A DNA stretch of 63,887 nucleotides, counting the filler, from Choristocarpus tenellus KU-1152 (lineage: Eukaryota; Protista; Phaeophyceae): the NCBI GenBank assembly GCA_964200185.2. It is 6 parts of 6 records of this genome, joined end to end, with 100 filler letters (N's around TTAATTAATTAA, not from the genome) between each part and the next. Parts side by side here need not be neighbours in the genome. Positions count along the whole stretch, not along the records: positions 1 to 21,786 come from CAXNAD020000323.1; 5 more parts are not named here. One strand, 5' to 3'. Within the stretch, counting starts at the first letter, position 1, and every line of letters starts with the position of its first letter. Below are positions 1-12,700 of the stretch, piece after piece. A program made the position numbers and the translations under genes. Under the pieces are notes generated by a model. That model worked only from the letters and a program-made list of their open reading frames with translations, searched no databases and was not told the origin of the DNA.

Positions 1-158
1 ACCAATCCAAGCGTCCTTATTTTTTTTGAATCAAAACTCTAGGACCATCAAGTCCCCCCCCCCCCCCCACCTCCCTATCCTTCCTGTGTCAAGTGCTCTG
101 AGATGCCCCTTTGTTTTCTTGTCCATTAATGTGATACCTCTCCTGCCCTCCTGTCAAG

Positions 159-2565
159 GTGATCACGGACTTCTTTGATCAGGTTAAGTCACGAAGCAGA
201 GGATATGCCTCCATGGAGTACACTCTATTGGAGTACCGGCCAGAGGACCTGGTCAGGCTTGACATCAAGATTAATGGGGAGGACGCTGCACCATTGTCTT
301 CTATCTGTCATAGAGACCAGGCGTATTCAAGGGGGAAAGGTGAGGGTGACATGCTTGCTCATGGTCCTCTCTGTTAGAATATTCGCGCAACCAATTTACA
401 ACTTTTTTTTTTTGCTCTTCTGTACCTCACTACTTTCCTTTCCCCTCATCTTCACACTGGCTCTTTACCCTCCTAAACCTTTTCTGCCCCTTCCCCACGC
501 TCCCCCTGTCTATCCCTCCAGTCTGATAAACGAAATTTTGCCTCCTCTGGCATATCTATAAGTTGTGTGCGTATGTTTTGTTTCTCAAGCACTCGACAAC
601 ATGGCAGGTCCATCTATAGCTTTGAAGCAACTTGTGCATGGGAAAGCTATGCCTATCAAACAGTAGTGCTGCTCTTTTCATTTGAACCTGCCTGGCCATG
701 GTATCTGTATGACTTCTTGACTCTCCCTCTATTTGATGACCCTCCCAGTCTCTCACCCGCCCCCCCCACACACACCCTACTGCTTTTCCTCCTCCCCTTG
801 CCCTTGGTAAAAAGTCCTCACGGACAAGCTTAAAAAGCTGATTCCACGCCAGATGTTCAAGGTGCCTATTCAGGCCTGCATCGGGGTGAAGGTATGCAAT
901 GCACAAGATATGCTTGATCACTGGTAGATGATGACATGAGCCTACTTGGCATAGCTCGCTTTTCTTGTTACACTGCTTCTCCTGAAGGTACCCTAATAAA
1001 GAGCTCATAAAAGGTCAATACTTCAGCTCCTCTCTTCAATTTTGTCTTGTTGAGCTATTTAGTAATATAATTCACTAGCGTGCGCTTTGTACTGAGTGTC
1101 AAATATTTCCACATGAAGTATTGTGGATGGGTCTCGCGTACCTGCTACTGCTGGCTACCTTATTGCTACATAGGATGAAGTGGAAATGGGTCAAAATCCT
1201 TCCGTTTGATCCACGATAAATATGTGTGTGTGTGTGTGTGTCACCAACAGTCGTCTTGGTTGAGTGGTGTGTTGACCTTATTTGTTGCACCCTTGTACTC
1301 CTGCTACTATATTTTGTGTATAGATGCTGTAAAATCGACATAAAAGAGTATGGAAAGTTTTTCCTTTCTGTTTTTCTAAGGAGCCATGGTAATTGAGAGA
1401 TAGGCGAGGTTACATTTGGAGGATCCCAAGAAATAGCAAGATAGACCATTTTGTACAATTGTAGAAAGAGCCGTTGCTGGATTGTCCTGTCCCTTTGCAC
1501 GTTGAAAGAAAGAAATATATTTTTTGTACACTATATTATACTCATCATGAAGCAATGAAATAGAGTGTGTGTTGCACAGGGTACCAAAGGTGGCTTAAAA
1601 TGCAAAACGGCCCAAGCATGTCTACCTCCCAATTATATTGACTCAAAAGAATATTATTGCTACTTCGCATGTACCCCATTCATACTCAATGTGGATGTGG
1701 TCTATGGCCGAAGTAATCCTATTTCATGGACGCCACGCCTGCTCTATGTGGATCAATTGCAGCATTGGAACCAGGATGTTTTGACATCGGTTTCAAATGG
1801 TTCGGCTGATTTCAGTGTTAGGGCTAATGGGTAATCGATGATTGATGGGAGGGTATGATGGTAACTTTTGAAGTATTGCCAGTATGAGCGTGTTACATTA
1901 TTACATAACCTAATGTTGAACCTGGTAGTATATATATATATATACTTCATAATAACCCCATTATTCACCAGCTTAAACGGTTTGTGGGGCAGTCTATAAA
2001 TGGAGAAAATGATATTTTGTCAGATTTTGGTTTTTATGAGATCTTGCTTTAATTTAAACCCATTGCAAGGTTAGCCTACCTATTTTACGCCAACCTGCAA
2101 AACTACAAGAAATATCTTCTTGATACAGTAATTTTCCTCATCTGCAAAAAGAGATCAAAGTCGATGCTGAACAGAGTAACCATCTAGGTTAATATGTAGC
2201 TTGTTATTTTTATACCGGTTCTTTCATTGGCACACCATCCTGCCGACCTAATCGACAGGACAAGCTTGTTGCTGCTCAAATGTCTTTCCCCCCAGCCCAC
2301 CACCTCTGTATCTTACGTTAGATGCTATTTATACCTCCCTGCTTTCCCCCCCCCTGCCACGGTGGACAAGGTTGTGGCATCATCGTCGATTGCACCAATG
2401 CGCAAAGATGTCCTGGCGAAGTGCTATGGTGGAGACATCTCACGTAAGAAGAAGCTTCTCCAAAAACAGGCCAAGGGCAAGAAGCGCATGAAGTCCATGG
2501 GCAAGGTCAATGTGCCTCAGGAGGCCTTCATGGCTGTGTTGGACCTCAGCAATGAAGCAGATTAG
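159..2565 (+). CDS. lepA: Translation factor GUF1/LepA (EF4), plastid-type; last three exons 159-339, 815-891, 2371-2565 (5' part outside window)
   Basis: Spliced product reads [21 protein letters not shown]...[72 protein letters not shown]...QEAFMAVL, the LepA C-terminal domain. GT-AG introns 340-814 and 892-2370 keep the frame. [15 protein letters not shown] resembles the plastid/cyanobacterial form. Confidence 0.95.
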
Positions 2566-5500
2566 AGCTTCCTTCCCTAGAAGTCCCAACAATACCCAAG
2601 TGCCGACACAGTAAATAGCCTCCTCGTAAATTGTACCTGTGAGTTGTAGTGGGCTACAGATATCTTGTGCTGCATCTTAGTGGCCACCATACATACCACA
2701 GAGTGGGCGATTACCACATGTGTGCAATAGTTCACACATGTTCGAGAGATATTGTGCTCATTCCGTAGTGATTGCAACACAGTCGTTACTGTGGAGGGAA
2801 TTAGCTCAATGAACAAGAGAGGGCAGGACTTTCTCTTGGTGATAATAATAGTTCAGCCTTGTTGCACATCTTGAGATTGGTATGGCGTTTTCCCCTTGTT
2901 GTGTCATTGGTAGGTGCAGAGTAGTTGAGGTGCAGTATGTATGCTGGAGATTGTCGCCTGGTGATGAACAAAATGCAATCTCCAATAAATGGTGATGCTA
3001 CTTCTGCAGTAGTAGTAATGAAGTCGTGGCAGGACTTGGTTGTTCTCCTGGTGCCCAATCCTGCCCCTGTAAGTGGCAACAGTAAGACCAAGATATGTAA
3101 TAGAAAGAGAAGCTCACAGTGGATCATTTCCATGTGCACCGCAGGTTGAATTTTTTGTGAAAACATTTGGTGACAGAAATTGTTCGCTTTGATGGCACAA
3201 TACACATCCAAGCGAGTTTAGAAGATACCATAAACTGAGATTCTGCATTATGACACGAAGAACAATTGAATGAGAGCCCCCTTTTTTTTCATGTGGATTG
3301 TAAAGGTCCTTCGGAGTATGATGTGATCGCTTGCTTCTTCTGTGAATACCAAAAAAAAGTCAGTTGCACAACAGTACTTGGTCCAAAGATCTGCATTGAA
3401 CGGTTCATCATCATGTATGCTTTCAAACTTGTTTTCATACAACGAACGCACAAGGACCTTACCAGACCACGAGTAGTGGCGGCATGTAGTGTCAGAAAAG
3501 TCGCAGTTACACTACGCACCAATACAGAACCCTGGAGTACATACGTGTGTAAAAGGACTGACTTTTTCTGAACTAATGAAGCGCATGCTTTGTTGAACGC
3601 TATTATACCTTCCTTGGAGAGGTGTCATGACATAGTTTCCAACAAAAAAGTCAGATACATGTACTGTGGCAAGTGTTGTAGAAGAAGAAATATTTCTATA
3701 TGAACAGGGCATCAGTCGACCTGTTCTTCTAGAAGAAAAACACAGCGTCAGATGGTTTAATGACTCGCACGTCCATGGTTGTTGCCTCCTCCTATCTATT
3801 ACATGTTTCTCTAATAATGTTATCTTAGTACTACTAATATTACAATATATATGAGGAGCATTATTCTAATATCGTGTCTATTATGTTCATATTACTCTGC
3901 ATTACTTACTATTTTTTCACACATTTTTTGGTCTTTTCAATTCCCTGGTCAGAGGTGCATCCGACAGCTGGATGTAAAGGAGAGAAAGTGATAAATGGGA
4001 GAAACGTGAAAGGAAGAAATGGGGACTCGGACACAGCAGTGTGAAGGTTACGCCATAGCATTTGTGTGTATCAGTCCGGAAAAAACGTCAGCACCAATAC
4101 CAAGGTTCAATATCTAGATAAAAAATAAAACTTGGTCCATGGTCCACCAATGAGACCTCCACTCACCACTTGAGTACAATCCAAGAGGAGAGCAGAGCAT
4201 CAACTAAAAGGTAAATAATTTGAATCTACTGTAGTAAATTAAGGCACAGACTATACTATGGTAGACACAATCAACCACGGCCAAGGAGGTGTAATAGTGG
4301 CAAATTTCGTGTAATGCCAGCACTCATGCAGTTCTTTGCTTCCACTCATGCATGCCTGTATGTTGTATATCATACTTTCGTATCACTCTGCTACTCTTCT
4401 CATGAGTTCCTTTGTTGCCGTCTCCCCTGTTGATCAGTGATGAAGGCGGAAAGCTCAACCGACACCAGTCGGAAACACGCAACAACAACAACAATAGCAG
4501 CAACGGAAAGAGTGCAAGAAAACACAAGTCAGACCCTCGTCCCCTTCCCTGGCTATTTGCACGATGCACTCATTCTTGCACTCATTCTCCACTGGTTGCT
4601 CTGGATCCAGGTGCCCCAGTCTCCTGGTCTGTAGCCTGTACACCCAAAGATGTAGATGGAGCAAGGAACCTGCAGGTGTGGAGAGAGGGGGGCAAGAAAT
4701 CTGATCATATATATGGCTTCATTAGGCTAGAGGCAAAAGGTTAACCCACACATACGGACATTGCAACACAAAGTTGTGTAACAAATCGTTGGTCAACATT
4801 AATAGCTGCTAGATTGCTGTACTTGAATCCTGTTACCTGTATGACTGCCCCCCACAGTGACGTCAAATATGATGCTCTCCTGTCTTCTATTCAACGTTGG
4901 GGGGTTTACACCAAAGTCAGGTCTCTTGGTTGGGAACAACATGCTGTGTAATATCTGCAATGTGCAAGGAGGGGTGCTTATCATGAATGTAGTTGTAACC
5001 ATGGCAATCAATAGCCCATCATTTGGTTGGCTCCATAGGGACACCTACCTGCAATGACAGTTGCTGCATTGGAGTGGCCTGTCCGCAGTGTCCTCCTACT
5101 TTCATTACCAGTCACTTGCTGAAATGCTCTGTATCTTGGGTTCGAGTTGACTGACAATGGATTCCTTTCTCCCAGCCCATCACTGTAAGTTCTTTCTCCA
5201 TTCTTCCTGTGGCTGATGTACAACATAACCCTGGGACACAAAGGAAGGGATCCATCTTACCTTATCTTTCGGATTCCAATCGTTTTGCCCACATCCAATA
5301 GACTGAGCCCGTTGCAACTACTTTATATCCGCAAACCCCACCCAATTTCGCCAATTCAATATCATTGTGTGTACGTTCGAGTCTGCTTGATCGCTGCACG
5401 GAATGCTGAGTATCTCTTTCTTCTCTTTTTCGAGTTTATACCTCATTTCTGACTCCTTACTTGCTCCCCTTGCACCTCTCTCTGTGCATGCCTTCCTTCT

Positions 5501-6709
5501 AATGCTGTCATCTGCCCCACAGGTATTGGACAACGAGCTCCTTCCCTTGTCATCAAAGCTAAGCTATGTCGACCACGTTTTCCGGGGGCTGGTTGATCAG
5601 TCCCTGGGGACTTAAGTTCCATCCGAGGCGTTTGCCTTCATCACCCCTCCCCACCGTGCTACAAGGTTGATATCCATATTATATGCTCCATCCAGGGTAC
5701 ATAACAGGCTACACAAGCAATCTATATGTTGAGTGGCTTGGAACATTTTTCCGCAACTAGGTCGTCCTCGTGGCGAACTATAGCTTGGCAGATCCCCTGT
5801 TGTTTGTCCTCTCTTGTCCTACTGCATATTATCTGTCGAGCATGTATAATAGTAGTAGATGAAACTATCCATACACAAAAGATGTCCCATATCCTAGAGT
5901 GTTACAGGTACCACAATAGTACTCACGGAAAGTAACCTGTGGGTAGGATGCATTGCGGACAGGTACTACTTTCATAATATTCGAGGATCCCTCAAATAGC
6001 TATCCTGCAGGTTGCTCAACCTAACCCCTTAGGCATGCTCAAAGCCTTATCATCTACTTACTACTCCTTCCTCATGCAGAGCTTTCCAAACACATTTAGG
6101 ACTTGGACCTTGTCCCTCATCGGATATTGGACCCGAAATTCAATTTACGGGAACTTATTTGTCCAATATATCTTTTTGTGTCTCTGACATTAGGTAAATT
6201 AGATGCCATATGTACATGGACGTTAACCACATGTATGTGATATGAGTTGATACGTTAACTGGAAGATAATGGAGTGAAGGTTCCCATAACTTGACCTTTT
6301 TCAAACGCCTTGCAAGTAATATCAGCACCTCGCCGCCTATGATAAATCAACTTGAACGGTTTGTTCAGTCTTCGTTTGAAAAATTGCGATGCTTGTGGTT
6401 GTATATAGGTTCAGCGCGGTCTCTTGGTGAGACGAATTGCGGGTCGTGTTTTTCTCTGTGTTTTTCTCTCTGTACTTCAATTGCCTCGTGAGGTATTTTC
6501 GCCATCTCTGGCATGTCATATTGTCAGAAACCTTGAGGAAGGTTCAACTGCCCTTGAAATTCAAATCTATCCTATGTTGATATGCATGGACGAAGCGATG
6601 TCACCACTCCAGTAACTCCGTCAGAAGGACACATGACACTGTCGTGCTAATATAAGGTTGATGGGTAGCTAGGCCGAGGGGATCTCGATTTCTGCATCTG
6701 CTCTTGAGT

Positions 6710-9700
6710 ATGAGACGCAAGTCCTCAAAACGCATGTCAAGAGAGGGCTCCTCCAGAGGATCCTCTCCCACCCCTAGGGCGGTATCTGTGCCAGTCTCAC
6801 CTTCCTCCGTGCACGAGAGACTGGCAAAGCAAGGAGAAAACCCACTAAAACGACTCGGTGATCATCGCCGGCATGGTGAGGTACCAATTGTGGGAGGAAA
6901 TAGTCAGGTCCTACCTGACAGGGCGAGCAACTACTCTGTGCCTGGGTTGCGACCTGGAGGGCAAAGCCCAATCGCTAAGAAAAGAGGGGGCAAAGGAAAG
7001 GACACCCGAAGGGGGGGAATTGTGAATGAGAGACGAAGGTTTACCCACAGTAATGACAGTGCACTGGCAGGCTCTGAAGATGTCAGTTCTACCCCGCTCG
7101 CTACATCTGTGACGAGGCACCAGGGATCAGTGGAGTCTGGGGATGGACCTCTTGGGGCCTCGCAATCATCCTTGGTCCCTCCAACGCCATTGACCAGTGG
7201 TCTGCTTGGCTCCGAGGCCACAGCGGCGCTCCTGTCCCACCTAGCTGGTGAGCGTATGAATTTCGGTATCTGTGAGCTTTTTCGCCAATCATTTTATTCT
7301 TCTTCTGATTTTGTTTCCTTTGGAGTGAACCAAGTGGTCTATGGTTGCAACCCTTGTTTGTATTGGTAACCAAGAAGTGATAGCACCATTTTGTGAGTGC
7401 ATGTATGGGGGTTGACCATGTTACAAAGTACCTCAACTTCTCTTGTCTGTACTTCCTACTGAAGTCTACTCAGAGTCACAATTGTGAGATCAGCAAGTGA
7501 AGTATTCTTTTATAGTTGCTGTTCTGTTGGGGAGCATACAGAAGTACTGTCGTTATGCAAGAGGAGCAACTGGTGTATTTTGCAATAATCAGATAGCATG
7601 GTAAAAGGGATGCGTTGCTCTGTATGAGAAGAGGGTTCACATAGGCAAGTGCAATACTGCACCTTCTCAAGGCTGGTACTCAGAAGAAAACATGACAGCA
7701 CTGATATTGGGCTCTGTGAATGCAATTGTTGTGACTGAGAGTGACAGAGGAGAGGGAGAAGGCAAGGGTAAGAGACCAACGTTACACATTTCTAGAGTTT
7801 CGGTGAGATATGACTCAAGTTTCCTAGAGGAATTCAACTCCTAATAAAATGAACCAGAAGATAAGACAGCATAATGTTGTTCCATTGTTGTGATCAGCAT
7901 CCAATAGCTTTCACAAGCAAGGTGCATGTGTTCTTTTACTGTCTCATTCTCCCAAATACCACCCCTTTGGGCTGTGCATGCTGCAGACCTTCGGTCCCTC
8001 TGCAACCGTCAACGTGACACTGGGCGGTCCCTCAGAGGAGCCCTGGCACGCAAACAAGGCGAGCTTGATAGCACAACCTCTGACCTGGCCTGGCTACGAT
8101 CAGAACTGGCCTTCATCACGGGAGATGTGTGAGTGCCAGGTAGAAGGTGTAGAGAGGTCGATGAATAGGGGGAGGTGAGTGGATCTGTAGTTGGGTGGCT
8201 AGAAGGATGTTTGGGGAATAACAACAGAGGGCATTTGTGAGTGGTAGGATGGACCTCATTGTTGTGCTCTGGATTGGAGATTATTTGGTTGAGCTTTTCC
8301 CCTCTCTTTCTGATTTTACTCTTGGTAGTGCTGCTGCTATATGATGTGTTTCCTTCCTGTTTTGGCAATTCTACGTATCATTGTAGAAGACCCTGCTATG
8401 TTGTAGGTAACTTGTTCCTATGGAGAAGGAACACGAATTTGAATAGCTAATGTTGTATGTATTGTACTGTGTATGTGTGTTTGTGGATTGCATTGTATTT
8501 TCCAGTCGGTGCCATAGTTGATACTTGAAAGTAATCTATGGCACAGATGTACACACCTCTTGTGTGTGAGTGTGTAACACGCTTGAAAGTGTTTAGTTTA
8601 GTTGTGTTAGAGCCATGGCAGGTAGCTCCTTTCTCTTTTCACACACTCTGTGTGTGAATGCCGGAGGCAATGGGTACGAGGGGCAGTGTCATGTGCAGAT
8701 GGTGTTGAAGCTCTCACAGTCAAGTCGGAGGGGGAATTGCATCCCCCTCTGACAACATGGAACGACTGTGAAAGTAACAAAATATCCCTCATTGCCAAGA
8801 ACGTCTACTGTACCTTCCATACATTTCCTCCAGGACCCCTTTCTGGTTCCTACAGCTCATTTTGCCATTACTGCCCTTCCCACACCCACTCCCAAGTATT
8901 AATATTATCTCCCCCCTTCGGGTATGTACTGGTTGTTCGTATATGCATGCGTGCAGGCTTGGTGCTCTCCAGCACAAACCTACAGCCTCAACGGTTTTCC
9001 GAACTCTCTCGGAGCGTGTCCGCTGCAAACTTGGAGCAGAAGCTGCCGGCATCTATGTAGATATTGGTGGTGGTAGGCTTTGGCTCATTCCCACCAGTGG
9101 TCCCACCAACTCAACCACAGCTGGAGGAGGGGAAGATGTGTGCTTGGCCAGGGGTGAGGGGGCAGTGGGACTGGTAGCAATGGGGGGTGGAGTGAGTGCT
9201 GGGGTGGTAGGAGGAACCTCAGGCCAGAGTGGGGGTGTGTTAGGGTGGGGAGAAAACAGTGGATTTGGAGGCAGATCTGAGGGGGGACCTTGTAGTAGGG
9301 GGTACAGCAGTGGTAATGGGGGAGGGGAGGAGCTGGGTTATGAGATGCAGGTGCATCTGTTTAACGATGGACTAGAGGAGTTTGATGATGGAATGTCGGT
9401 GGAAGCAGCCCTTGTCCGAGCAAGTCGGGCTAGGACCTGCTGGAGTAGGGGGGAGGTTGGGAGAGAGGTGGAAGTGGAAGTTCAGTCTGACGGAAGTCCT
9501 GCAGGTGGGATTGTACAGAATATGCTAATTGCGAGGTGAGAGGCTTAGGGCCTTTTGGGCATCATTTGTGGCATCCCCAGTTGTGTTGTGCTTGGTGGTG
9601 TGCTTTACTTTTCTTCTGTGTTGTTGTTACTGCTGTACCTGAAGGGGTTGAGGGTCAGGGATGCCTATCACAAATTCAGTACACAATGTAGAGATTCCCC

Positions 9701-12700
9701 GCCTAATCACATCCCCTCCACACTTCAACTGCAAATCAACCAGGTTGTGCCAGGAAGATAGCGCTGTGATTGATCCTGAGGCTAGTTCAGGGAGTAATAG
9801 TTATGGTGGTAGTAGCCAACCTTGGCCAGACCGCCCCCTAATTGTCATCCAGGCCTTGAATAAGGTGTTTGCACCAGGGCATTTCACAGAGGGGGATGCC
9901 CGGGCGGTGCAAGCCCTTGCCCCTGCAGCAGCTGCTGCAGCCCGCCTTATCCTGGCTCTACGAATGATGGAGGAAGATAGTGGCCCTCAGGACAGAAGCA
10001 AGGGTCCAGGTGGCCGCTCTTGTGATGAATGTGCTGGCTACGTCTTACCAGAAACTGCAAGTCAACAACTCTTGCGGGACTCAAGCTCTCCCCACCAACA
10101 ACAGCACTCATTGACTTCTCCTGAAACGTTAGTGAGAGAAAGTTTGAGATGTGCAAGGGAGGGACTCGGTGCAGACAGGGCAAGGCTTTTGCTCCTCGAC
10201 TGTGCTGCAGGGCAACTCCGGCTGTGGCATGAGGATATGTGCGCTCCGCAGTCATGGGAGGAGGGGCTGGGGGAAGGGGGAGATGGTTACCAGGGTGTGG
10301 GGAAGCCTGAGGGGGATTGGGAGAAGGAGGGTGGGGTGACGACAGCCGCAGGTACAGGAGAGCCAGCAGGTTCAAGGCGAGGGGAGGCGAAGGACCAGAG
10401 TGGCTTAGACAGTGCAGCATGGCCAAGACGCTCACCTGCGGCAGATGTTAGGGTGCCGGCAGACTCAGGCCTGGAAGGCATTGCCCTCGCAACAGGGCGT
10501 ACAGTACGCAGCGAGGATGCTCTCACAGATACACTGTTTGACCGCAAGTTGGATCTTCATGTTGGATTCCTCACACGGTCCCTGCTTTGTGCCCCCCTGA
10601 AAGTTCCTGATGGCGACAGCGGCCCTGATGTTGGCGATGCTGATGGGGGTGGTCAGGGGGGGAGGTGTGTGAGTGGTATGGTTGGTACTGTTCTTGGTGT
10701 ACTTCAGTTTGCGATTGGCAGGGGGCCTGGGGACCGAAGGGAAATGAGTTCATGGGGAGATGGGGTAGGGGGGTGTTTGGGCAAGAGGGCATTTACAGCA
10801 GAGGACGAGCCACTGGCTGAGAGATTTGCAGGGGAGGTTGCAGGGCTCCTGGCACATGTGCTAGACCAAGCAAGACAGGTTCGACAACGGGCATCTGTCA
10901 GTGGTGGTGATTGTGGAGTTCAGGCTATCCCACCAGAAGGCAGTAATGGTGAAGGAGCTGATGGTGGGGGCAAGAACCATGATGTTGAGTCGGCCACCAT
11001 TCCTTCATTGCCCATGCAAGAATTGCAGAGTCAATTGAACCCTTCCCCAACACAGAAAATCCAACGAGGAGATGTTGGCCGCAACGTGGCTTCAATGGGA
11101 CCAAACGCTAATATGTCATCGTCCCACAGTAATAAATCATCAGAAATACTAGGTGTTGGGAATAGTCATGAGCGAACCCAGGGGGCTCTTGCCAGTAGCA
11201 GTGCAACCACTGTGGCACATGGTTTGATTGGTGAGGCGATAGAGGCATCTTTGGCATCCTCCGCAGGCACAGTCGACATGCCCCGGGACATAGCCGCTTC
11301 CCACCTGTCACTGTCTGGGGGGGGGGGGAATAAGCAAGGCAACGGTGACAGTGGAAACAGAGGCGTTGGGTCTGATGTAGGGTGGGGATACAGTAGGGTA
11401 GAACATTCCTTGCAGCAAGAATCACAACTGTACAACCTGTCGCTGCCGATTGCGTCCACGATGGACCCCATGGGAAGTTCCAACCCATCCTCTATGTCAG
11501 TTGCCCGGAAGGAGGACAAACTGAGGCAGATGGGGCAGGTTGGGGGGGGAGAAATAAAGAACGTCAACACTTCCTCCTATGGTTATGCACATGAGGAGGC
11601 GTGGTCGAGGGCCTTGCGCGTTATTGAGGTTTGTGTGGGTGGACTGGCTGCTGATACAGCAACTGTAGCGGGGAAGGAGGCAGCGTCAGTGGGTACACAG
11701 ACTGGTGGTGGCAGCAGTGGTGGTAGCAATTTTGCTCGACTTGCTGGTGCAATCTATGCCTTGGCTGTTGGACTTGTACCTGGATGTGTTTCTGTTTCGT
11801 TGTCTTTGCTCAGCAATGAGAACGGAGAACTCGTTCCTGTGGACACAAGGGGAGGTGTTGATGGCTGCATTGGCAGGGGTGGTGACAGTGTTGGCAAATG
11901 GGGTGATGCCTGTGCTCGCCGTGCCATACGCCTTGGCAAGGTGACTGCAGAACAGATTCGAGGCTTGGTTGAAGAGGGTGGCGGTGACACTGACGGAGTC
12001 AATTGCCATGGATCAGAAAGTCTTGCCAGAGACAGCGAGAGCTTTGAGGGTGCGTGCTCAGACGGATGGGTGCTGTGCATTCCGTTGATCAGCCCAGGTG
12101 GAGATGCACAAGGTGTTCTGCAGCTGTCCATCTCTGCAGCAGAAACCTCAGCCCCTGTTAGTGCCCCTGCCTCTGTCCCTGCACACCGCGGTGGTGGTGG
12201 TGGTGGTGGGGGGGGGACTGAGGGAAAAGCAATAAAGGCAGAGGTGGGTGATCGCAGGAAGGTGGATGCAATGAGCCAGCAGGTGTTGTCGATGGAGAAG
12301 AACTTTCCATTTGTGTCCCTAAAGGTTGCACAGGCGCTTGCTGGTTGCTCAGGGCTTGCTCTGGGCTGGTGTAGGGCCCTGGACAGGGCAGAAAGTGAAA
12401 AAGTCACAGCAGCCGAATTAGCTGTGGCCGCAGGGCGAGAGCAGGGCAAGCAGGAGGTCATCATGTGGCATGCTGCTGAGGCTGAAAAAGTGTCGGAGGA
12501 AAATGCCAGTCGTTTTGTAGAACTCACAGAGAGCAGGAATGCGTTGGTGAGGGCGTGCCTCAGGAGTGTCATGAGGCGCCGTGGTGTAAGGACCTCGGCA
12601 GCATGCTTGATTGCCTGGAAGGAGTACACTAGGCTCTCCAGGAGTGCAGATGTCTTTAGGTCAAGGGTGGAGGTGTTGAAGAAGGCTAGGGCTCTCCAGA

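Noticed and set aside
2577-3712. Three same-frame minus-strand ORFs that might be one decayed gene
   Set aside because: No recognisable motif or splice structure; compatible with chance.
4800-5700. Possible decayed non-LTR retrotransposon on the minus strand (RPDF...IIFDVTVG resembles a restriction-like endonuclease motif)
   Set aside because: Only one weak motif and no recognisable RT core. It needs a tBLASTn/HMM search before being called.
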